64,000 nucleotides of DNA from Bdellovibrio sp. (GTDB lineage Bacteria; Bdellovibrionota; Bdellovibrionia; Bdellovibrionales; Bdellovibrionaceae): NCBI GenBank assembly GCA_036676395.1, contig JAKFCY010000002.1, forward strand, positions 2,240,001 to 2,304,000. The letters run 5' to 3'. Positions 36,640-48,259 of the stretch are shown in pieces. The notes below the pieces were generated by a model. The model saw only the letters and a list, made by a program, of their open reading frames with translations, was not told the origin of the DNA and ran no database searches. A program made the translations under genes and the position numbers. Each line of letters starts with the position of its first letter. The first letter of the stretch is position 1.

Positions 36640-37095
36640 TTACGCTTGCGCAGCTTTTTTAAGCTGTTTAAGACCGTCTAAAGTTGCTCTAACCGCATTG
36701 TGAGGGTTACGAGTACCAACACATTTAGTTAAAATATCTTTAACGCCAACTGATTCAAGAACCGCACGAACCGCACCACCAGCGATAACGCCAGTACCTG
36801 CTGCTGCTGGTTTCATGATCACTTTAGCTGATCCGAATTTACCGATCACTTCATGAGGGATCGTACCATCTTTTAAATTAACATCGCTGCATTGTTTTTT
36901 AGCAGAGCGAGTTGCTTTACCAATAGCTTCAGGAACTTCGCCTGCTTTACCGCTACCGAAACCAACTTGACCTAATCTATCGCCTACTACTACTAGTGCT
37001 GCGAAAGAGAATCTACGACCGCCCTTAACAACTTTAGTTACGCGGTTGATAGCAACTACTTTTTCTTCTAATTCGTTTACTAATGCTTTATCCAC
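36640..37095 (-). CDS. rpsE: 30S ribosomal protein S5
   Basis: [29 protein letters not shown]. Confidence 0.97.
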   Translation of the reverse strand: MDKALVNELEEKVVAINRVTKVVKGGRRFSFAALVVVGDRLGQVGFGSGKAGEVPEAIGKATRSAKKQCSDVNLKDGTIPHEVIGKFGSAKVIMKPAAAGTGVIAGGAVRAVLESVGVKDILTKCVGTRNPHNAVRATLDGLKQLKKAAQA

Positions 37096-37106
37096 ATGAT
37101 CCCCTA

Positions 37107-37475
37107 TTAAAAGTTAAGGCCGCCCTCGCGGGCTCCATCTGCTAAGGCTTGTACACGGCCATGATAAACGAAACCATTTCTGTCGAATACAACAGTAGTG
37201 ATTCCTTTTTTCTTAGCTTGTTCAGCGATTTGTTTACCAACAGTTTTAGCAGCTTCTTTGTTACCGTTTTTTAATTCGGCAGATAAAGAGGATACTGACA
37301 ATAAAGTTGTTTGAGCTACATCGTTAATGATTTGCGCGTAGATGTGTGCACCTGAACGGAATACACATAAACGTGGTCTTTCAGATGTTCCACTAACAAC
37401 TTTTCTGATTCTGATTTTTTTCTTCAAACGATTTACTACTTTTGAAGCTGTTTTTTTAGAAAAATTTAATTTCAT
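37107..37475 (-). CDS. rplR: 50S ribosomal protein L18
   Basis: RPRL.VFRS, VFDR.G..YHGRV.ALA. Confidence 0.97.
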   Translation of the reverse strand: MKLNFSKKTASKVVNRLKKKIRIRKVVSGTSERPRLCVFRSGAHIYAQIINDVAQTTLLSVSSLSAELKNGNKEAAKTVGKQIAEQAKKKGITTVVFDRNGFVYHGRVQALADGAREGGLNF

Positions 37476-37483
37476 ATTATCCT

Positions 37484-38023
37484 CTATTTACCAGCTGATT
37501 TGCCGGCTTTACGTCTGATATGTTCACCAACATAACGAACACCTTTACCTAAATAAGGCTCTGGCGGACGGAAAGATCTGATTTTAGCTGCAACTTGACC
37601 AACAAGAGCTTTGTCAGCACCAGTCACGCTTACAGTTGTTTGTTTATCAACTTTGATTTCGATACCTTCTGGGATATCAAAAATCACAGGGTGTGAAAAA
37701 CCTAAAGCTAATTCTAATTTTTTACCGTTAACAGTACCGCGGTAACCTACGCCATGCATTTCTAGCGCTTTCGTGAAACCTGCAGTTACACCTTTAACAG
37801 CGTTAGAGATTAAAACTTTGTATAAACCGTGTAAAGACTTAGATTCTTTTGAATCGTCAGCACGAGTTAATACAACTGTTTTACCATCAACTTTAGCAGT
37901 GATGTTTTTTCTTAAGCTGTAAGATAAAGATGATTTCGCACCTTTAACTGTAACATTTTGACCAGCAACAGTAACTGTTGCTTTGTCATCGATATTTACT
38001 GGATATTTACCAATTCTCGACAT
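37484..38023 (-). CDS. rplF: 50S ribosomal protein L6
   Basis: MSRIGK, LGFSHP, RPPEPY.GKG. Confidence 0.97.
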   Translation of the reverse strand: MSRIGKYPVNIDDKATVTVAGQNVTVKGAKSSLSYSLRKNITAKVDGKTVVLTRADDSKESKSLHGLYKVLISNAVKGVTAGFTKALEMHGVGYRGTVNGKKLELALGFSHPVIFDIPEGIEIKVDKQTTVSVTGADKALVGQVAAKIRSFRPPEPYLGKGVRYVGEHIRRKAGKSAGK

Positions 38024-38030
38024 CTTCTAC

Positions 38031-38420
38031 CTACCACACTACTGCTAGTACTTCGCCGCCAACATTTTGTTTTTTAGCGTCTGTACCAGTTAGTAAACCT
38101 TTGTTTGTACTTAGGATGCACATACCGTATCCAGAACGTACGTTCGGAACATCAGTAGCGTGAACATAAGAACGTTTCCCAGGACGGCTAACTTTTTGGA
38201 TAGCTGTCATTGCTGGAGTTCCTGCATCGTCATATTTTAAATAAATACGCATGATACCTTGTTTTGAATCTTTAGCTACTTTGAAGCTTCTGATGTAACC
38301 AGTATCTGCTAGGATTTTTGCTAAGTTCTCTCTCATTTTAGAAGAGGGCATATCCACTTTTTCAAGTTTAGCCGAAGAACCATTTCTAATAATTGTTAAC
38401 ATTTGTGCGACTGTATCCAT
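38031..38420 (-). CDS. rpsH: 30S ribosomal protein S8
   Basis: SRPG.R.Y, STNKG, GGEV. Confidence 0.96.
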   Translation of the reverse strand: MDTVAQMLTIIRNGSSAKLEKVDMPSSKMRENLAKILADTGYIRSFKVAKDSKQGIMRIYLKYDDAGTPAMTAIQKVSRPGKRSYVHATDVPNVRSGYGMCILSTNKGLLTGTDAKKQNVGGEVLAVVW

Positions 38421-38428
38421 AGTGACTC

Positions 38429-38734
38429 CTACCAGCTAGCTTTCGTTACGCCTGGAAGTTTACCTTCTAAAGCTAGTTGTCTGAAAACCATTCTGCATAA
38501 ACCGAATTTACGGTAGTTACCACGAGGGCGACCAGTTAATTCACAACGAGTGATTACGCGGTTTGGATTAGTATTTTTAGGTAAAGCTTGTAATTTCTTA
38601 CGAGCTTCGTCTCTAGTTTCGTCAGAAAGTTTCATGTCCACAGCTTTTTCACGTAATTCTTTACGGTAAGCACGGTACTTGCTAGAGATCGCTTTTCTTT
38701 TATTGTTTTTTACAACACTTGATTTTCTTGCCAT
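38429..38734 (-). CDS. rpsN: 30S ribosomal protein S14 (long form)
   Basis: [25 protein letters not shown]. Confidence 0.96.
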   Translation of the reverse strand: MARKSSVVKNNKRKAISSKYRAYRKELREKAVDMKLSDETRDEARKKLQALPKNTNPNRVITRCELTGRPRGNYRKFGLCRMVFRQLALEGKLPGVTKASW

Positions 38735-38747
38735 ATTAATCCTTCAA

Positions 38748-39287
38748 TTACTTTCTGAAAGGTAAGCCTAAAGCTTCCAATAATGCGCGGCCATCGTTGT
38801 CTGTTCCAGCTGTTGTACAAATAGTGATATTCATACCACGTGTTTTTTCAATTTTATCAAAATTGATTTCCGGGAATACGATTTGTTCTTTCAAACCCAT
38901 ATTGTAGTTACCACGGCCATCAAAGCCTTTATTTGGTAAACCACGGAAGTCACGTACGCGAGGTAACGCTAAAGTTTGTAAACGATCTAAGAAAGACCAC
39001 ATTTTTTCGCGACGTAATGTTACGCGCACGCCAATAGGAATACCTTCACGTAATTTAAAGTTAGAAATTGCTTTCTTAGCTTTAGTTACAACTGCTTTTT
39101 GACCAGCAATTGAAGAGATCTCTTCAACGATACCGTTTACGATTTTAGGATTTTGAACCGCATCAGACGTACAAACGCTGATAACGATTTTTTCTAAACG
39201 AGGCACTTGCATAGCGCTAGTGTAACCTTGTTTTTTTACTAAGTGAGGGACGATTTCTTTTGTGTATTGTTCTTTTAAACGATTCAT
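38748..39287 (-). CDS. rplE: 50S ribosomal protein L5
   Basis: [32 protein letters not shown] 39287 behind SD GAGG. Confidence 0.97.
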   Translation of the reverse strand: MNRLKEQYTKEIVPHLVKKQGYTSAMQVPRLEKIVISVCTSDAVQNPKIVNGIVEEISSIAGQKAVVTKAKKAISNFKLREGIPIGVRVTLRREKMWSFLDRLQTLALPRVRDFRGLPNKGFDGRGNYNMGLKEQIVFPEINFDKIEKTRGMNITICTTAGTDNDGRALLEALGLPFRK

Positions 39288-39300
39288 CTTCAACCTCTAC

Positions 39301-39669
39301 CTATAATACTTCTGGAGCAAGTGAAACGATTTTTACGAATTGTTTCGATCTTAACTCTCTCGCTACTGGACCAAAAATACGAGTTCCGATTGGTTCTTTA
39401 TTCGCATTGATTAAAACTGCAGAGTTATCATCAAAACGGATATAGCTTCCATCAGGTCTTCTTAATTTATGAATTGTACGAACGATAACGGCTTTCGCAA
39501 CGTCACCTTTCTTAACTTTTGCAGTTGGGATTGCTTCACGGATTGAAACAACAATTACGTCGCCAATGTGAGCAAAACGTCTTTTAGAACCGCCTAAAAC
39601 TTTGATACACATTACTTCTTTTGCACCAGAGTTATCAGCTACGTTTAATTTAGTTTGCATTTGAATCAT
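39301..39669 (-). CDS. rplN: 50S ribosomal protein L14
   Basis: [26 protein letters not shown]. Confidence 0.98.
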   Translation of the reverse strand: MIQMQTKLNVADNSGAKEVMCIKVLGGSKRRFAHIGDVIVVSIREAIPTAKVKKGDVAKAVIVRTIHKLRRPDGSYIRFDDNSAVLINANKEPIGTRIFGPVARELRSKQFVKIVSLAPEVL

Positions 39670-39681
39670 AAAACTACTCCC

Positions 39682-39984
39682 CTACTTCGTCGTGTTTAAC
39701 ACTTCAGTAAGTGCCCAGCGTTTTGATTTGCTGATTGGTTTAGTTTCATGAATTGTAACAGTGTCACCGACTTTACATTGTTTTTTCTCGTCGTGAGCTT
39801 TGATTACAGAAGATTTACGGATGTATTTTCCGTATTTTGCGTGGCGAACCATACGATAAACCAATACCGATATTGTTTTATCCATTTTGTTCGCGATCAC
39901 TTCACCTTGTAACTCAACTCTACGGCCTCGAGTACTAACAGTTTTATCCGGTTGTTTTCCGCTCGTTGTTGCCTTAGCAGCCAT
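39682..39984 (-). CDS. rpsQ: 30S ribosomal protein S17
   Basis: KMDKT, AHDE, ETKPISK.K.W. Confidence 0.95.
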   Translation of the reverse strand: MAAKATTSGKQPDKTVSTRGRRVELQGEVIANKMDKTISVLVYRMVRHAKYGKYIRKSSVIKAHDEKKQCKVGDTVTIHETKPISKSKRWALTEVLNTTK

Positions 39985-39991
39985 TTTTTAC

Positions 39992-40183
39992 CTACCTTAC
40001 GCTTTTCTTAACGATTGCTGTGTTAATCTTAGCAATGTCTTTTCTTACTACTCTGATTTGAACTGGATTAGCCAATTGACCAAGAGAGTTCTTCATTTTC
40101 ATTTCAAACAATTGAGACGTTAAGTCTTGTTTTTGTTTGATTAATTCTTTTAACGATTTGTTTTCGATATCTACGAATTTCAT
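39992..40183 (-). CDS. rpmC: 50S ribosomal protein L29
   Basis: GQL.NP..IR.VRKDIA.I.T; position. Confidence 0.93.
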   Translation of the reverse strand: MKFVDIENKSLKELIKQKQDLTSQLFEMKMKNSLGQLANPVQIRVVRKDIAKINTAIVKKSVR

Positions 40184-40185
40184 AA

Positions 40186-40593
40186 CTACGTTCTCTCTAA
40201 AAATTTAGTTTTAAACGGAAGCTTATGAGACGCTCTTAAGAATGCCTCTTTAGCTTGTTCCTTAGTAACACCATTCATTTCGAATAGGATGCGACCAGGA
40301 AGAACTTTAGAAACCCAAAATTCCGGATTACCTTTACCGCTACCCATACGAGTTTCAGCAGGTTTTTTTGTTACAGGAAGATCTGGGAATACACGGCACC
40401 AAACTTTACCACCACGTTTGATAGTACGATTGATAGCGATACGACCAGCTTCTAATTGACGAGCTGTTAACATACCATGTTCAGTAGCTTGTAAACCAAA
40501 ATCACCGAAATCAAGAGTTGATCCACGAGTCGCTAAACCTCTAGAACGACCAATGAATTGCTTTCTCCATTTTACACGTTTAGGACTTAGCAC
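40186..40593 (-). CDS. rplP: 50S ribosomal protein L16
   Basis: [19 protein letters not shown]. Confidence 0.97.
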   Translation of the reverse strand: MLSPKRVKWRKQFIGRSRGLATRGSTLDFGDFGLQATEHGMLTARQLEAGRIAINRTIKRGGKVWCRVFPDLPVTKKPAETRMGSGKGNPEFWVSKVLPGRILFEMNGVTKEQAKEAFLRASHKLPFKTKFLERT

Positions 40594-41245
40594 GATTTAC
40601 CTCCGAATGCTCTTTTGCAGAAAGAATGTCACCTTTGTAGATCCATACTTTCATACCAATAATTCCATATGCAGTTAATGCTTCTGCAGTTCCGTAATCA
40701 ATATCAGCACGTAATGTGTGAAGTGGAACTGACTTTTCGTTGTACCATTCAGAACGAGCAATCTCTGCTCCATCTAAACGACCAGAAACACGGATTTTGA
40801 TACCACGCACGCCGCCTTTGATAGCTGCTGCGATAGATTTTTTAAGAGCACGTCTCCAAGAGATACGTTTCTCTAATTGCATTGCGATTGATTCCGCAAC
40901 TAATTGAGCTTCTGTATCTGGTTTACGTACTTCTTGAATGCTTAAGAAAACTTCGTTCTTAGTTAACTTTTGAACGTCAGCTTTCAAAGTATCAATACCA
41001 GTACCTTTTTTACCAATTACAACACCAGGGCGAGCAGTGTGGATAATAAGTTTAACTTTATTAGCCGCGCGCTCGATTTCAATTTTAGCAACGCCTGCGT
41101 GTTTTAATTTACCTTTTAAGTATTTTCTTAATTTAATGTCTTCGTGAAGATTGTCATAGTAAGTATTGCCTTTTGCATACCATCTTGAATCCCAAGATCT
41201 AATAACACCAACTCTAAAACCAATTGGATGAACCTTTTGTCCCAT
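40580..41245 (-). CDS. rpsC: 30S ribosomal protein S3
   Basis: [23 protein letters not shown]. Confidence 0.98.
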   Translation of the reverse strand: MGQKVHPIGFRVGVIRSWDSRWYAKGNTYYDNLHEDIKLRKYLKGKLKHAGVAKIEIERAANKVKLIIHTARPGVVIGKKGTGIDTLKADVQKLTKNEVFLSIQEVRKPDTEAQLVAESIAMQLEKRISWRRALKKSIAAAIKGGVRGIKIRVSGRLDGAEIARSEWYNEKSVPLHTLRADIDYGTAEALTAYGIIGMKVWIYKGDILSAKEHSEVNRAKS

Positions 41246-41247
41246 TA

Positions 41248-41580
41248 CTATTTCTCTCCCAATACAACGTCAATGTGACTTAGTTTTTTACGAACTCCAA
41301 AAGCACGACCTTGCGCTCTTGGGCGGAAACGTTTTAAAACCGGGCCACCGTCTACAGTTAATTTTTTAACGATTAACTTGTCTACAGCCATAGTTTTTTT
41401 GTAATCCGCGTTCGCTACTGCTGATTCGATTAATTTCTTAATTAACCCAGCAGTTTTTTTGTTCATAACGGTCAAAATCTTAAGAGCTTCGTCAACTGAT
41501 TTACCGCGAACGGTGTCAGCAACTAAGCGAGCCTTTTGGGCTCCAACTCTTGCATATTTTAAAGATGCTTTAGCTTCCAT
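41248..41580 (-). CDS. rplV: 50S ribosomal protein L22
   Basis: KARLVAD, SAVANA, PRAQGRA. Confidence 0.97.
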   Translation of the reverse strand: MEAKASLKYARVGAQKARLVADTVRGKSVDEALKILTVMNKKTAGLIKKLIESAVANADYKKTMAVDKLIVKKLTVDGGPVLKRFRPRAQGRAFGVRKKLSHIDVVLGEK

Positions 41581-41588
41581 ATTCTATC

Positions 41589-41879
41589 CTACTTCTTCGC
41601 CACTGCTGGAGCTGCTGCTTTTTTCTCAGCGTGACCAGCAAAAGTTCTAGTTGGCGCGAATTCGCCAAGTTTATGACCAATCATGTTCTCAGAAACGTAT
41701 ACTGGAACAAACTTTCTGCCGTTATGTACAGCAAAAGTCAATCCTACATACTCTGGGAAGATCGTAGAACGTCTTGACCATGTTTTAATTACTTTTTTGT
41801 CGTTCTTTTGGATAGCCGTCTCAGCTTTTTTAGCTAAGTGAATATCGATAAAAGGACCTTTTTTAATTGAACGTGCCAT
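41589..41879 (-). CDS. rpsS: 30S ribosomal protein S19
   Basis: [18 protein letters not shown]. Confidence 0.97.
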   Translation of the reverse strand: MARSIKKGPFIDIHLAKKAETAIQKNDKKVIKTWSRRSTIFPEYVGLTFAVHNGRKFVPVYVSENMIGHKLGEFAPTRTFAGHAEKKAAAPAVAKK

Positions 41880-41887
41880 GCATCCTC

Positions 41888-42706
41888 CTACTTACGACGC
41901 TTAATGATTGATGAATCAGTACGTTTGTTATGACGAGTCTTGTAACCTTTACAAGGCTGGCCCCAAGGTGTTACCGGGTGATGACCCTTGCCAACGCCTT
42001 CACCACCGCCCAATGGATGGTCAACTGGATTCATGTGCATACCGCGTACAGAAGGTCTGATACCTCTCCAACGAGAGCGGCCTGCTTTACCAAGTTTAGT
42101 GTTTTCGTTATCAGTGTTACCAACTTGACCGATTGAAGCCTTACAAGTTGATAAGATTTGCTTTAACTCGCCAGACGGTAAACGTACTTGGCAATATTTT
42201 TCGCCTTTACCAGCTAAAGTTGCAGAGGCGCCAGCGCCACGACAAATTTGGCCACCCTTGCCTGGACGCATTTCAATATTATGAATGATCGTACCAACTG
42301 GGATTGTAGAAATTGTTAAGCAATTTCCTGGTTTGATATCGGCTTTATCGCTTGAAGTCACTGTATCACCGACATTTAAGCCCACTGGAGCTAAGATGTA
42401 AGCTTTGTGCCCATCAGCGTAGTGTAAAAGAGCAATACGGCAAGTTCTGTTTGGATCGTACTCGATCGCAGCAACTTTTGCTGGTACTTCTAATTTATTA
42501 CGTTTGAAATCAACCAAACGGTATTTACGCTTATGTGCGCCACCTTGGTGACGAACAGTGATCATGCCCGTATTGTTACGCGCAGATACTTTTTTAAGTG
42601 AAACTGTTAATGCTTTTTCCGGTTTAGTTTTAGTGATTTCTTTGAAATCGAATCCAACTATTCCGCGGCTTGCATGTGATCTAGATCCAAATACTTTTAA
42701 ACCCAT
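41888..42706 (-). CDS. rplB: 50S ribosomal protein L2
   Basis: IEYDPNR, RG..MNPVDHP.GGGEG. Confidence 0.98.
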   Translation of the reverse strand: MGLKVFGSRSHASRGIVGFDFKEITKTKPEKALTVSLKKVSARNNTGMITVRHQGGAHKRKYRLVDFKRNKLEVPAKVAAIEYDPNRTCRIALLHYADGHKAYILAPVGLNVGDTVTSSDKADIKPGNCLTISTIPVGTIIHNIEMRPGKGGQICRGAGASATLAGKGEKYCQVRLPSGELKQILSTCKASIGQVGNTDNENTKLGKAGRSRWRGIRPSVRGMHMNPVDHPLGGGEGVGKGHHPVTPWGQPCKGYKTRHNKRTDSSIIKRRK

Positions 42707-42708
42707 GA

Positions 42709-42987
42709 TTATGCTCCCTCAAATAATGAAATTTTTTGGCCCGGAGCTAACTGAACAAAAGCTTTTTTCCATTTTTTCGGTACTGTAAGACCGAATTTAG
42801 AATAGCGCATATCGTCTCTGCAAACTGCGGTACGGATTTTTTGAACTTTTACATTAAAGTTAGTTTCAACTTCTTTTTTGATTTGGTCTTTAGAAGAAGC
42901 TAAATCAACTTTAAATACATACGTTCCAGCTTCTGCTAAAACTGTATTTTTTTCTGTGATTAGTGGAGATTTTAAGTGTTGTTTCAT
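42709..42987 (-). CDS. rplW: 50S ribosomal protein L23
   Basis: PLITEK, WKKA.V.L; start reassigned to ATG 42987. Confidence 0.93.
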   Translation of the reverse strand: MKQHLKSPLITEKNTVLAEAGTYVFKVDLASSKDQIKKEVETNFNVKVQKIRTAVCRDDMRYSKFGLTVPKKWKKAFVQLAPGQKISLFEGA

Positions 42988-42998
42988 GTTTTCCCCGA

Positions 42999-43622
42999 TT
43001 ATTCCGCAGAACATCTTTCGATGATTTTAGCTACCGAATCTTTAGTGATAACTGCGTAGTCGTATTTTAATAAGTCAAAAACGTTTAAGCCTTCAACACC
43101 AGAGTATTTATAATCAACTAAGTTACGAGCTGCACGGCTGAAGTTTTCATTCGAAGAGTTATCGATTAAAACTGCTTTTTTAACTCCAAACGTTTGTAAA
43201 CGTTTGCCTAGTTCATTTGTTTTACCTTCAGAATTCATTGAATCAACAACTGTTAATTTGCCTTCTTTGAATAAGTGAGAAAGAGCCATTTTAAGAGCCG
43301 ATTTTCTCATTTTCTTAGGTAATACATAACCGTAAGAACGTGGTTGTGGACCGAACATAGTACCACCGCCTGGCATTAAAGGAGAACGAGTAGAACCTTG
43401 ACGGGCGTTACCAGTACCTTTTTGCTTGAATGGCTTTTTACCACCACCGCTCACTAAACCTTTTGTTTTAGTCATGTGAGTGCCTTGACGACGACAAGCT
43501 AATTGCCATCTTACAACTGTGTGTAATACGTCTTTTTTTACTTCAACTTCAAAAGTGTCCGCTTGTAAATCAAGTGATCCAACTTTTTCTTTTTTCCAAT
43601 TAAGTACATTGATTGTAGCCAT
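42999..43622 (-). CDS. rplD: 50S ribosomal protein L4
   Basis: KPFKQKGTGNARQGS, FGPQPR. Confidence 0.97.
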   Translation of the reverse strand: MATINVLNWKKEKVGSLDLQADTFEVEVKKDVLHTVVRWQLACRRQGTHMTKTKGLVSGGGKKPFKQKGTGNARQGSTRSPLMPGGGTMFGPQPRSYGYVLPKKMRKSALKMALSHLFKEGKLTVVDSMNSEGKTNELGKRLQTFGVKKAVLIDNSSNENFSRAARNLVDYKYSGVEGLNVFDLLKYDYAVITKDSVAKIIERCSAE

Positions 43623-43624
43623 GA

Positions 43625-44287
43625 CTATTGCTCCTTAACCAGTCTAACAAGAGAGTTTTTGTGTCCTGGAACTGGTCCTTTAACAAGAACTACTCCGTCA
43701 GCAGCGTTGATCTCTACGATTTCAACGTTACGAACTGTTACATTTTCGTCACCTAAGTGACCTGGGAATTTCTTACCTGGCATAACACGGCCTGGCCATG
43801 TTCTGTTACCAGAAGAACCTGGTCTTCTGTGGAATTTAGATCCGTGAGTAGCAGGACCACCCGCGAAACTCCAACGTCTTACAGAACCTTGGAAACCTTT
43901 ACCTTTAGAGCGAGAAGTGATTTTTACTAATTCACCTTTCACTAAGCTATCGATAGAGATTGCGTCACCTAACTTAACATCAGCTGGTAAGTCTTGACGG
44001 ATTTCTTTAATAAAACGAGCAGCAGTTTCAAAGCCTGAACCTTTTAAGTGTCCAATTTCTGCTTTAGAAGAATTTTTAGCTTTTTTAGGAACTGATGCGA
44101 TTTGAACAGCTGTGTAGCCGTCTTTTTCGTTAGTTTTGATTTGCGACACTTTCCAAGTTTCATAACGTAAAACTGTAACTGGTACTGCTTCACCTTTATC
44201 ATTGTAAATTGTTGCCATACCTTCTTTAAACGCATAGATGCCGTTTAATTTTAGGCCAGAAGAATTTGTTTCTTGATTTTCACTCAT
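43625..44287 (-). CDS. rplC: 50S ribosomal protein L3
   Basis: DGY.AVQ, SKGKGFQG, KGPVPG. Confidence 0.97.
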   Translation of the reverse strand: MSENQETNSSGLKLNGIYAFKEGMATIYNDKGEAVPVTVLRYETWKVSQIKTNEKDGYTAVQIASVPKKAKNSSKAEIGHLKGSGFETAARFIKEIRQDLPADVKLGDAISIDSLVKGELVKITSRSKGKGFQGSVRRWSFAGGPATHGSKFHRRPGSSGNRTWPGRVMPGKKFPGHLGDENVTVRNVEIVEINAADGVVLVKGPVPGHKNSLVRLVKEQ

Positions 44288-44304
44288 AGTAATTCTCCCT
44301 TCTC

Positions 44305-44622
44305 TTATTCAGCTGAAAGCTTAATTTCAACGTCAACGCCAGCAGATAGATCTAATTTCATTAATTGATCGATCGTTTGTTGAGTTGGTTCAAGAATGTC
44401 TAACATTCTTTTGTGTGTTCTTACTTCGAATTGCTCACGTGATTTTTTATCAACGTGCGGAGAACGTAAAACAGTAAATCTGTTAATACGAGTAGGAAGA
44501 GGGATTGGTCCCGCAACCTTAGCTCCTGTGCGACGAGCAGTGTCCACGATTTCTTTTGTCGATTGATCAAGTAATTTATGATCAAAGGCCTTAAGCCTAA
44601 TTCTTATCTTTTGACTTTGCAT
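44305..44622 (-). CDS. rpsJ: 30S ribosomal protein S10
   Basis: [33 protein letters not shown] 44622 behind SD GAGG. Confidence 0.97.
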   Translation of the reverse strand: MQSQKIRIRLKAFDHKLLDQSTKEIVDTARRTGAKVAGPIPLPTRINRFTVLRSPHVDKKSREQFEVRTHKRMLDILEPTQQTIDQLMKLDLSAGVDVEIKLSAE

Positions 44623-44846
44623 TTTTTTACCTCTTTTGCCCGTCAAAACCATTCTCCACTTGAGCTAGATAAGCCCGAATATCGCGGTGGTTTCCGTAGC
44701 TAAAAATAAACCAGAAGCGAAAATATCTTATAAACGACATTTAGAGTCAATGGGAAAAAATTCTTTTTTTCAGAGGGAGTTTCGGTGCTGGTCGCGGGCT
44801 TTAAACCTACGACCTTTGGGTTATGAGACCGACGACTTTTGGAGGT

Positions 44847-46937
44847 CTAGCGCCCCAAGCGAGTCAGGATTTCGGCCTTAACTTTTGGCGGAACCGGCGA
44901 GTAATTTAGGAATTCCATGCTGAAAAATGCTCGTCCTTGCGACAAACTACGAACATCAGTTGAATAGCCGAACATGTTTGCTAATGGCACTTCAGCCGAA
45001 ACCATTTGGCCACCAGACGGTTTTGCAGTCATATTATGGATTTTACCGCGTCTAGAGTTAATATCGCTCACTACGCTGCCTACGAAATCATCAGGACAGT
45101 TAACTTCAAGCTTAAACATCGGTTCAAGTAAAACTTGATTAGCTGATTTGATCAAATCACGGAAAGCCAGCGAGCTCGCCGCCTTACACACGATTTCGTC
45201 GGTCTTTTGCGGGTCGCCCGATAATGATGTAATTGTTACCTTTAGACCCACCATAGCATAACTGCCGATCGGACCAACCTCACAAGCCTCTTTAAGACCT
45301 TGCTCGCAAGCCTTGATCCAATTTGGCTGAACTTCTTTTGAAGGCTGAACTAAAGAAATAATTTTAATTCCTTCAGCAGGATTGATCGCTTCAACTTTAA
45401 GACTGATTTTCGCAAATTTTTCTTCGCCGCCAAGAAGTCTCTCGAAAGTGTAATCAATTTTTGATTCACCGTTGATAGTCTCGCGGTACGCAACTTGTGG
45501 CTTACCTACGTTGGCTTGGATTTTGTATTCGCGAAGCAGGCGGTCTACTAAGATATCAACATGTAATTCGCCCATGCCTGAAAGTAGGATTTGTCCTGTT
45601 TCAGGGTCTGAACGTAAACGACAAGATGGATCTTCGCGCTCTAAACGCTGAAGGCCTTCCATCATTTTATCTTGTTCTGCAGAAGATTTTGCTTCGACAA
45701 CAACCGAGATAACTGGCTCTGGAAAAGTAATTGATTCAAACACCACTTGGCGTGATGAATCGCACAAAGTATCGCCTGTTGTTGTGAATTTTAATCCAAT
45801 GATCGCACCGATATCGCCGGCTTTGATTTCAGACACTTCTTCACGCGCATTCGCATGCATCTTCACGATTTTTTGTACGCGCTCTTTTTTTTCTGTACGT
45901 GGATTTAAAACTTGGTCACCCACTTTTAAAGTTCCAGAGTACACACGAATATAAGTTAATGAGCCCGCAAACGGATCATTCGCTAATTTGAAAGCTAAAG
46001 CCGCAGCGGGTTCGTCAAATTTAACATGACATTCAACTGTCATATTATCTTTGATCGGATTCATTCCAATTGTCGGAGGAAGATCCAAGGGAGACGGCAA
46101 ATAATCTGTAACACCATCTAGAATTTGCTGAATGCCTTTATTTTTAAAAGCAGCTCCGCAAAATACAGGAAAAACTTTTAGCGTGATAACACCATGACGA
46201 AGAGCTGCTTTTAGCTCTTCTAAAGAGGGAGTCTCGCCATTTAAATATTTTTCAACTAGAGCATCATCAAGTTCACAAATTTGCTCGATTGTTCTGGCAC
46301 GCTCAGTTTCAAAAAGTTCTTTCATGTTAGCAGGGATATCTACAGTTTGAAAATCATGAGGGTTATTGGGCGCCCATGTGTAAGCTTTCGAAGTCAGTAA
46401 ATCGCAAATACCCACAAAATTTTCTTCAGAACCAATGGGAATTTGCACCTTAATAGGATTAGCTTCTAGTTTTTCTTTTATTGATTGAACGCACATATCA
46501 AAATCTGAACCGGTGCGATCCATTTTATTTACAAAACAAATTCTTGGAACTTTATGTTTGTTAGCTTGGCGCCAAACAGTCTCAGACTGTGGCTCAACTC
46601 CTGAAACCGCATCGTAAACAGCGATAGCGCCGTCTAGTACGCGAAGTGAACGTTCAACTTCAATCGTGAAATCCACGTGCCCCGGAGTATCGATAATATT
46701 AATGCGATGATTTTTCCAAGAAGTAGTTGTCGCTGCAGAAGTGATAGTAATACCGCGCTCTTGCTCTTGCGGCATCCAATCCATAGTGGCTGCGCCATCA
46801 TGAACTTCGCCAATTTTATGACTTTTACCTGTGTAAAATAAAATGCGCTCAGTAGTTGTAGTTTTCCCCGCATCAATGTGAGCCATGATACCGATATTGC
46901 GAGTAAATTTTAAGTCAGCTTCTGTTTTAACAACCAT
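44847..46937 (-). CDS. fusA: Elongation factor G (divergent domain IV; EF-G2-like)
   Basis: [29 protein letters not shown]; start reassigned to ATG 46937. Confidence 0.92.
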   Translation of the reverse strand: MVVKTEADLKFTRNIGIMAHIDAGKTTTTERILFYTGKSHKIGEVHDGAATMDWMPQEQERGITITSAATTTSWKNHRINIIDTPGHVDFTIEVERSLRVLDGAIAVYDAVSGVEPQSETVWRQANKHKVPRICFVNKMDRTGSDFDMCVQSIKEKLEANPIKVQIPIGSEENFVGICDLLTSKAYTWAPNNPHDFQTVDIPANMKELFETERARTIEQICELDDALVEKYLNGETPSLEELKAALRHGVITLKVFPVFCGAAFKNKGIQQILDGVTDYLPSPLDLPPTIGMNPIKDNMTVECHVKFDEPAAALAFKLANDPFAGSLTYIRVYSGTLKVGDQVLNPRTEKKERVQKIVKMHANAREEVSEIKAGDIGAIIGLKFTTTGDTLCDSSRQVVFESITFPEPVISVVVEAKSSAEQDKMMEGLQRLEREDPSCRLRSDPETGQILLSGMGELHVDILVDRLLREYKIQANVGKPQVAYRETINGESKIDYTFERLLGGEEKFAKISLKVEAINPAEGIKIISLVQPSKEVQPNWIKACEQGLKEACEVGPIGSYAMVGLKVTITSLSGDPQKTDEIVCKAASSLAFRDLIKSANQVLLEPMFKLEVNCPDDFVGSVVSDINSRRGKIHNMTAKPSGGQMVSAEVPLANMFGYSTDVRSLSQGRAFFSMEFLNYSPVPPKVKAEILTRLGR

Positions 46938-46944
46938 GCTCAGT

Positions 46945-46973
46945 AACTTAAACTTTTTTACGAAAATCTTCAA
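46945..46973 (-). promoter_or_regulatory. Sigma70-type promoter immediately upstream of fusA ATG
   Basis: TTGAAG-17 bp-TAAGTT, 7 nt before the ATG; no SD. Confidence 0.55.
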
Positions 46974-46987
46974 GCGCACTTATTTGA

Positions 46988-47053
46988 TCTTCCGCCCACG
47001 ATGGGCGGAAGAAGTAGGAGCTCGAGGACAGAGTCCTCGATGCCCATGGATGG
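46988..47053. repeat. GC-rich three-hairpin intergenic element (REP/MITE-like)
   Basis: TCTTCCGCCCA-CGA-TGGGCGGAAGA; TCGAGGAC-AGA-GTCCTCGA; CCA-TGGA-TGG. Confidence 0.5.
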
Positions 47054-47085
47054 CCGCGCTTCGACTAAACTCAAAGCGCACAAAT

Positions 47086-47115
47086 AAAAAAACCCGAAGA
47101 TTTCTCTTCGGGTTT
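47086..47115 (-). terminator. Intrinsic terminator between rpsG and fusA
   Basis: CCCGAAGA-GAAA-TCTTCGGG hairpin followed by U7 on minus strand. Confidence 0.85.
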
Positions 47116-47142
47116 AATAGTTTTAAATTAACTAGTAATTGA

Positions 47143-47616
47143 TTACCAGTTGTAGTGAGCGAACGCTTTGTTCGATTCAGCCATTTTGTGTACGTCTTCA
47201 CGTTTTTTGATGCTGTTACCACGGTTGTTGTAAGCATCTAAGATTTCACCAGCTAAACGCTTAGAAAAATCTTTTTCGCCACGAGCACGTGAGTAATCAA
47301 CCATCCAACGCATAGCTAAAGCTAAACGACGAGTGGGACGAACATCAACTGGAACTTGGTAAGTAGCTCCGCCCACGCGACGTGAACGAACTTCAATTGA
47401 AGGTTTAACATTTTCAATCGCTTTTTTAAGGATTGTTAATGAATCTTCACCTTGAACTTTACCGTTTAATTCATCTAGGGCTCCGTAAAATAATTTTTGC
47501 GCAGTCGATTTTTGACCACGTAACATGATTTTATTGATGAATTTAGCGATAACTAAATCTTTGTGAACTGGATCTGGGATAATTTCTCTTTTAAATGTAC
47601 GACTTCTACGAGACAT
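47143..47616 (-). CDS. rpsG: 30S ribosomal protein S7
   Basis: [26 protein letters not shown]. Confidence 0.98.
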   Translation of the reverse strand: MSRRSRTFKREIIPDPVHKDLVIAKFINKIMLRGQKSTAQKLFYGALDELNGKVQGEDSLTILKKAIENVKPSIEVRSRRVGGATYQVPVDVRPTRRLALAMRWMVDYSRARGEKDFSKRLAGEILDAYNNRGNSIKKREDVHKMAESNKAFAHYNW

Positions 47617-47643
47617 ATGTTTATTCCTCTAAAATTTCTTAAA

Positions 47644-48018
47644 TTATTTCTTAGGTTTTTTCGCACCGTATTTTGAACGGCTACGTAAACGACCATTAAC
47701 GCCTTGTAAATCTAGTGTTCCACGAACGATGTGGTAACGAACACCTGGTAGATCTTTAACACGACCGCCACGGATCATAACAACGCTATGCTCTTGTAGA
47801 TTGTGACCGATACCTGGGATGTAAGAGATTACTTCAAAGCCATTAGATAAACGAACTTTAGCTACTTTACGTAAAGCTGAATTCGGCTTCTTTGGAGTTG
47901 TAGTGTAAACACGCGTACAAACGCCACGACGTTGAGGGCAAGCTTGTAAAGCTGGCGATTTAGTTTGGTTCTTTTGAACTGTACGCTCTTTTTTAATGAG
48001 CTGATTAATAGTAGGCAC
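47644..48018 (-). CDS. rpsL: 30S ribosomal protein S12
   Basis: GTG start [27 protein letters not shown]. Confidence 0.98.
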   Translation of the reverse strand: MPTINQLIKKERTVQKNQTKSPALQACPQRRGVCTRVYTTTPKKPNSALRKVAKVRLSNGFEVISYIPGIGHNLQEHSVVMIRGGRVKDLPGVRYHIVRGTLDLQGVNGRLRSRSKYGAKKPKK

Positions 48019-48189
48019 TTTTACTCCTCTTAATAGGTATCTAGCCTTATACATTCCAGAATATTTATAGCAATTCTGGTTAGCTATGGATTTGAACGGG
48101 CCATACCCGTAAGTTCGATTTTTGATCGAAGAACAAGATTTGTAACCTGACCGGCCAGCTACGTCAAGCAGGGCAAGCATTTTACCCAT

Positions 48190-48217
48190 AAAAAAAGGAC
48201 CCCGAAAGGTCCTTTTT
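48190..48217 (-). terminator. Intrinsic terminator after rpoC
   Basis: AAAAAAGGAC...GTCCTTTTT hairpin flanked by A/T tracts. Confidence 0.8.
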
Positions 48218-48259
48218 CACTCAGACCCCGTTTAACCGAGGCCCTATATTTGAGGCAAA

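Noticed and set aside
46980..47237. 85-aa ORF bridging rpsG and fusA as a leader peptide or frameshift product
   Set aside because: Runs through a terminator and palindromic element; no coding features
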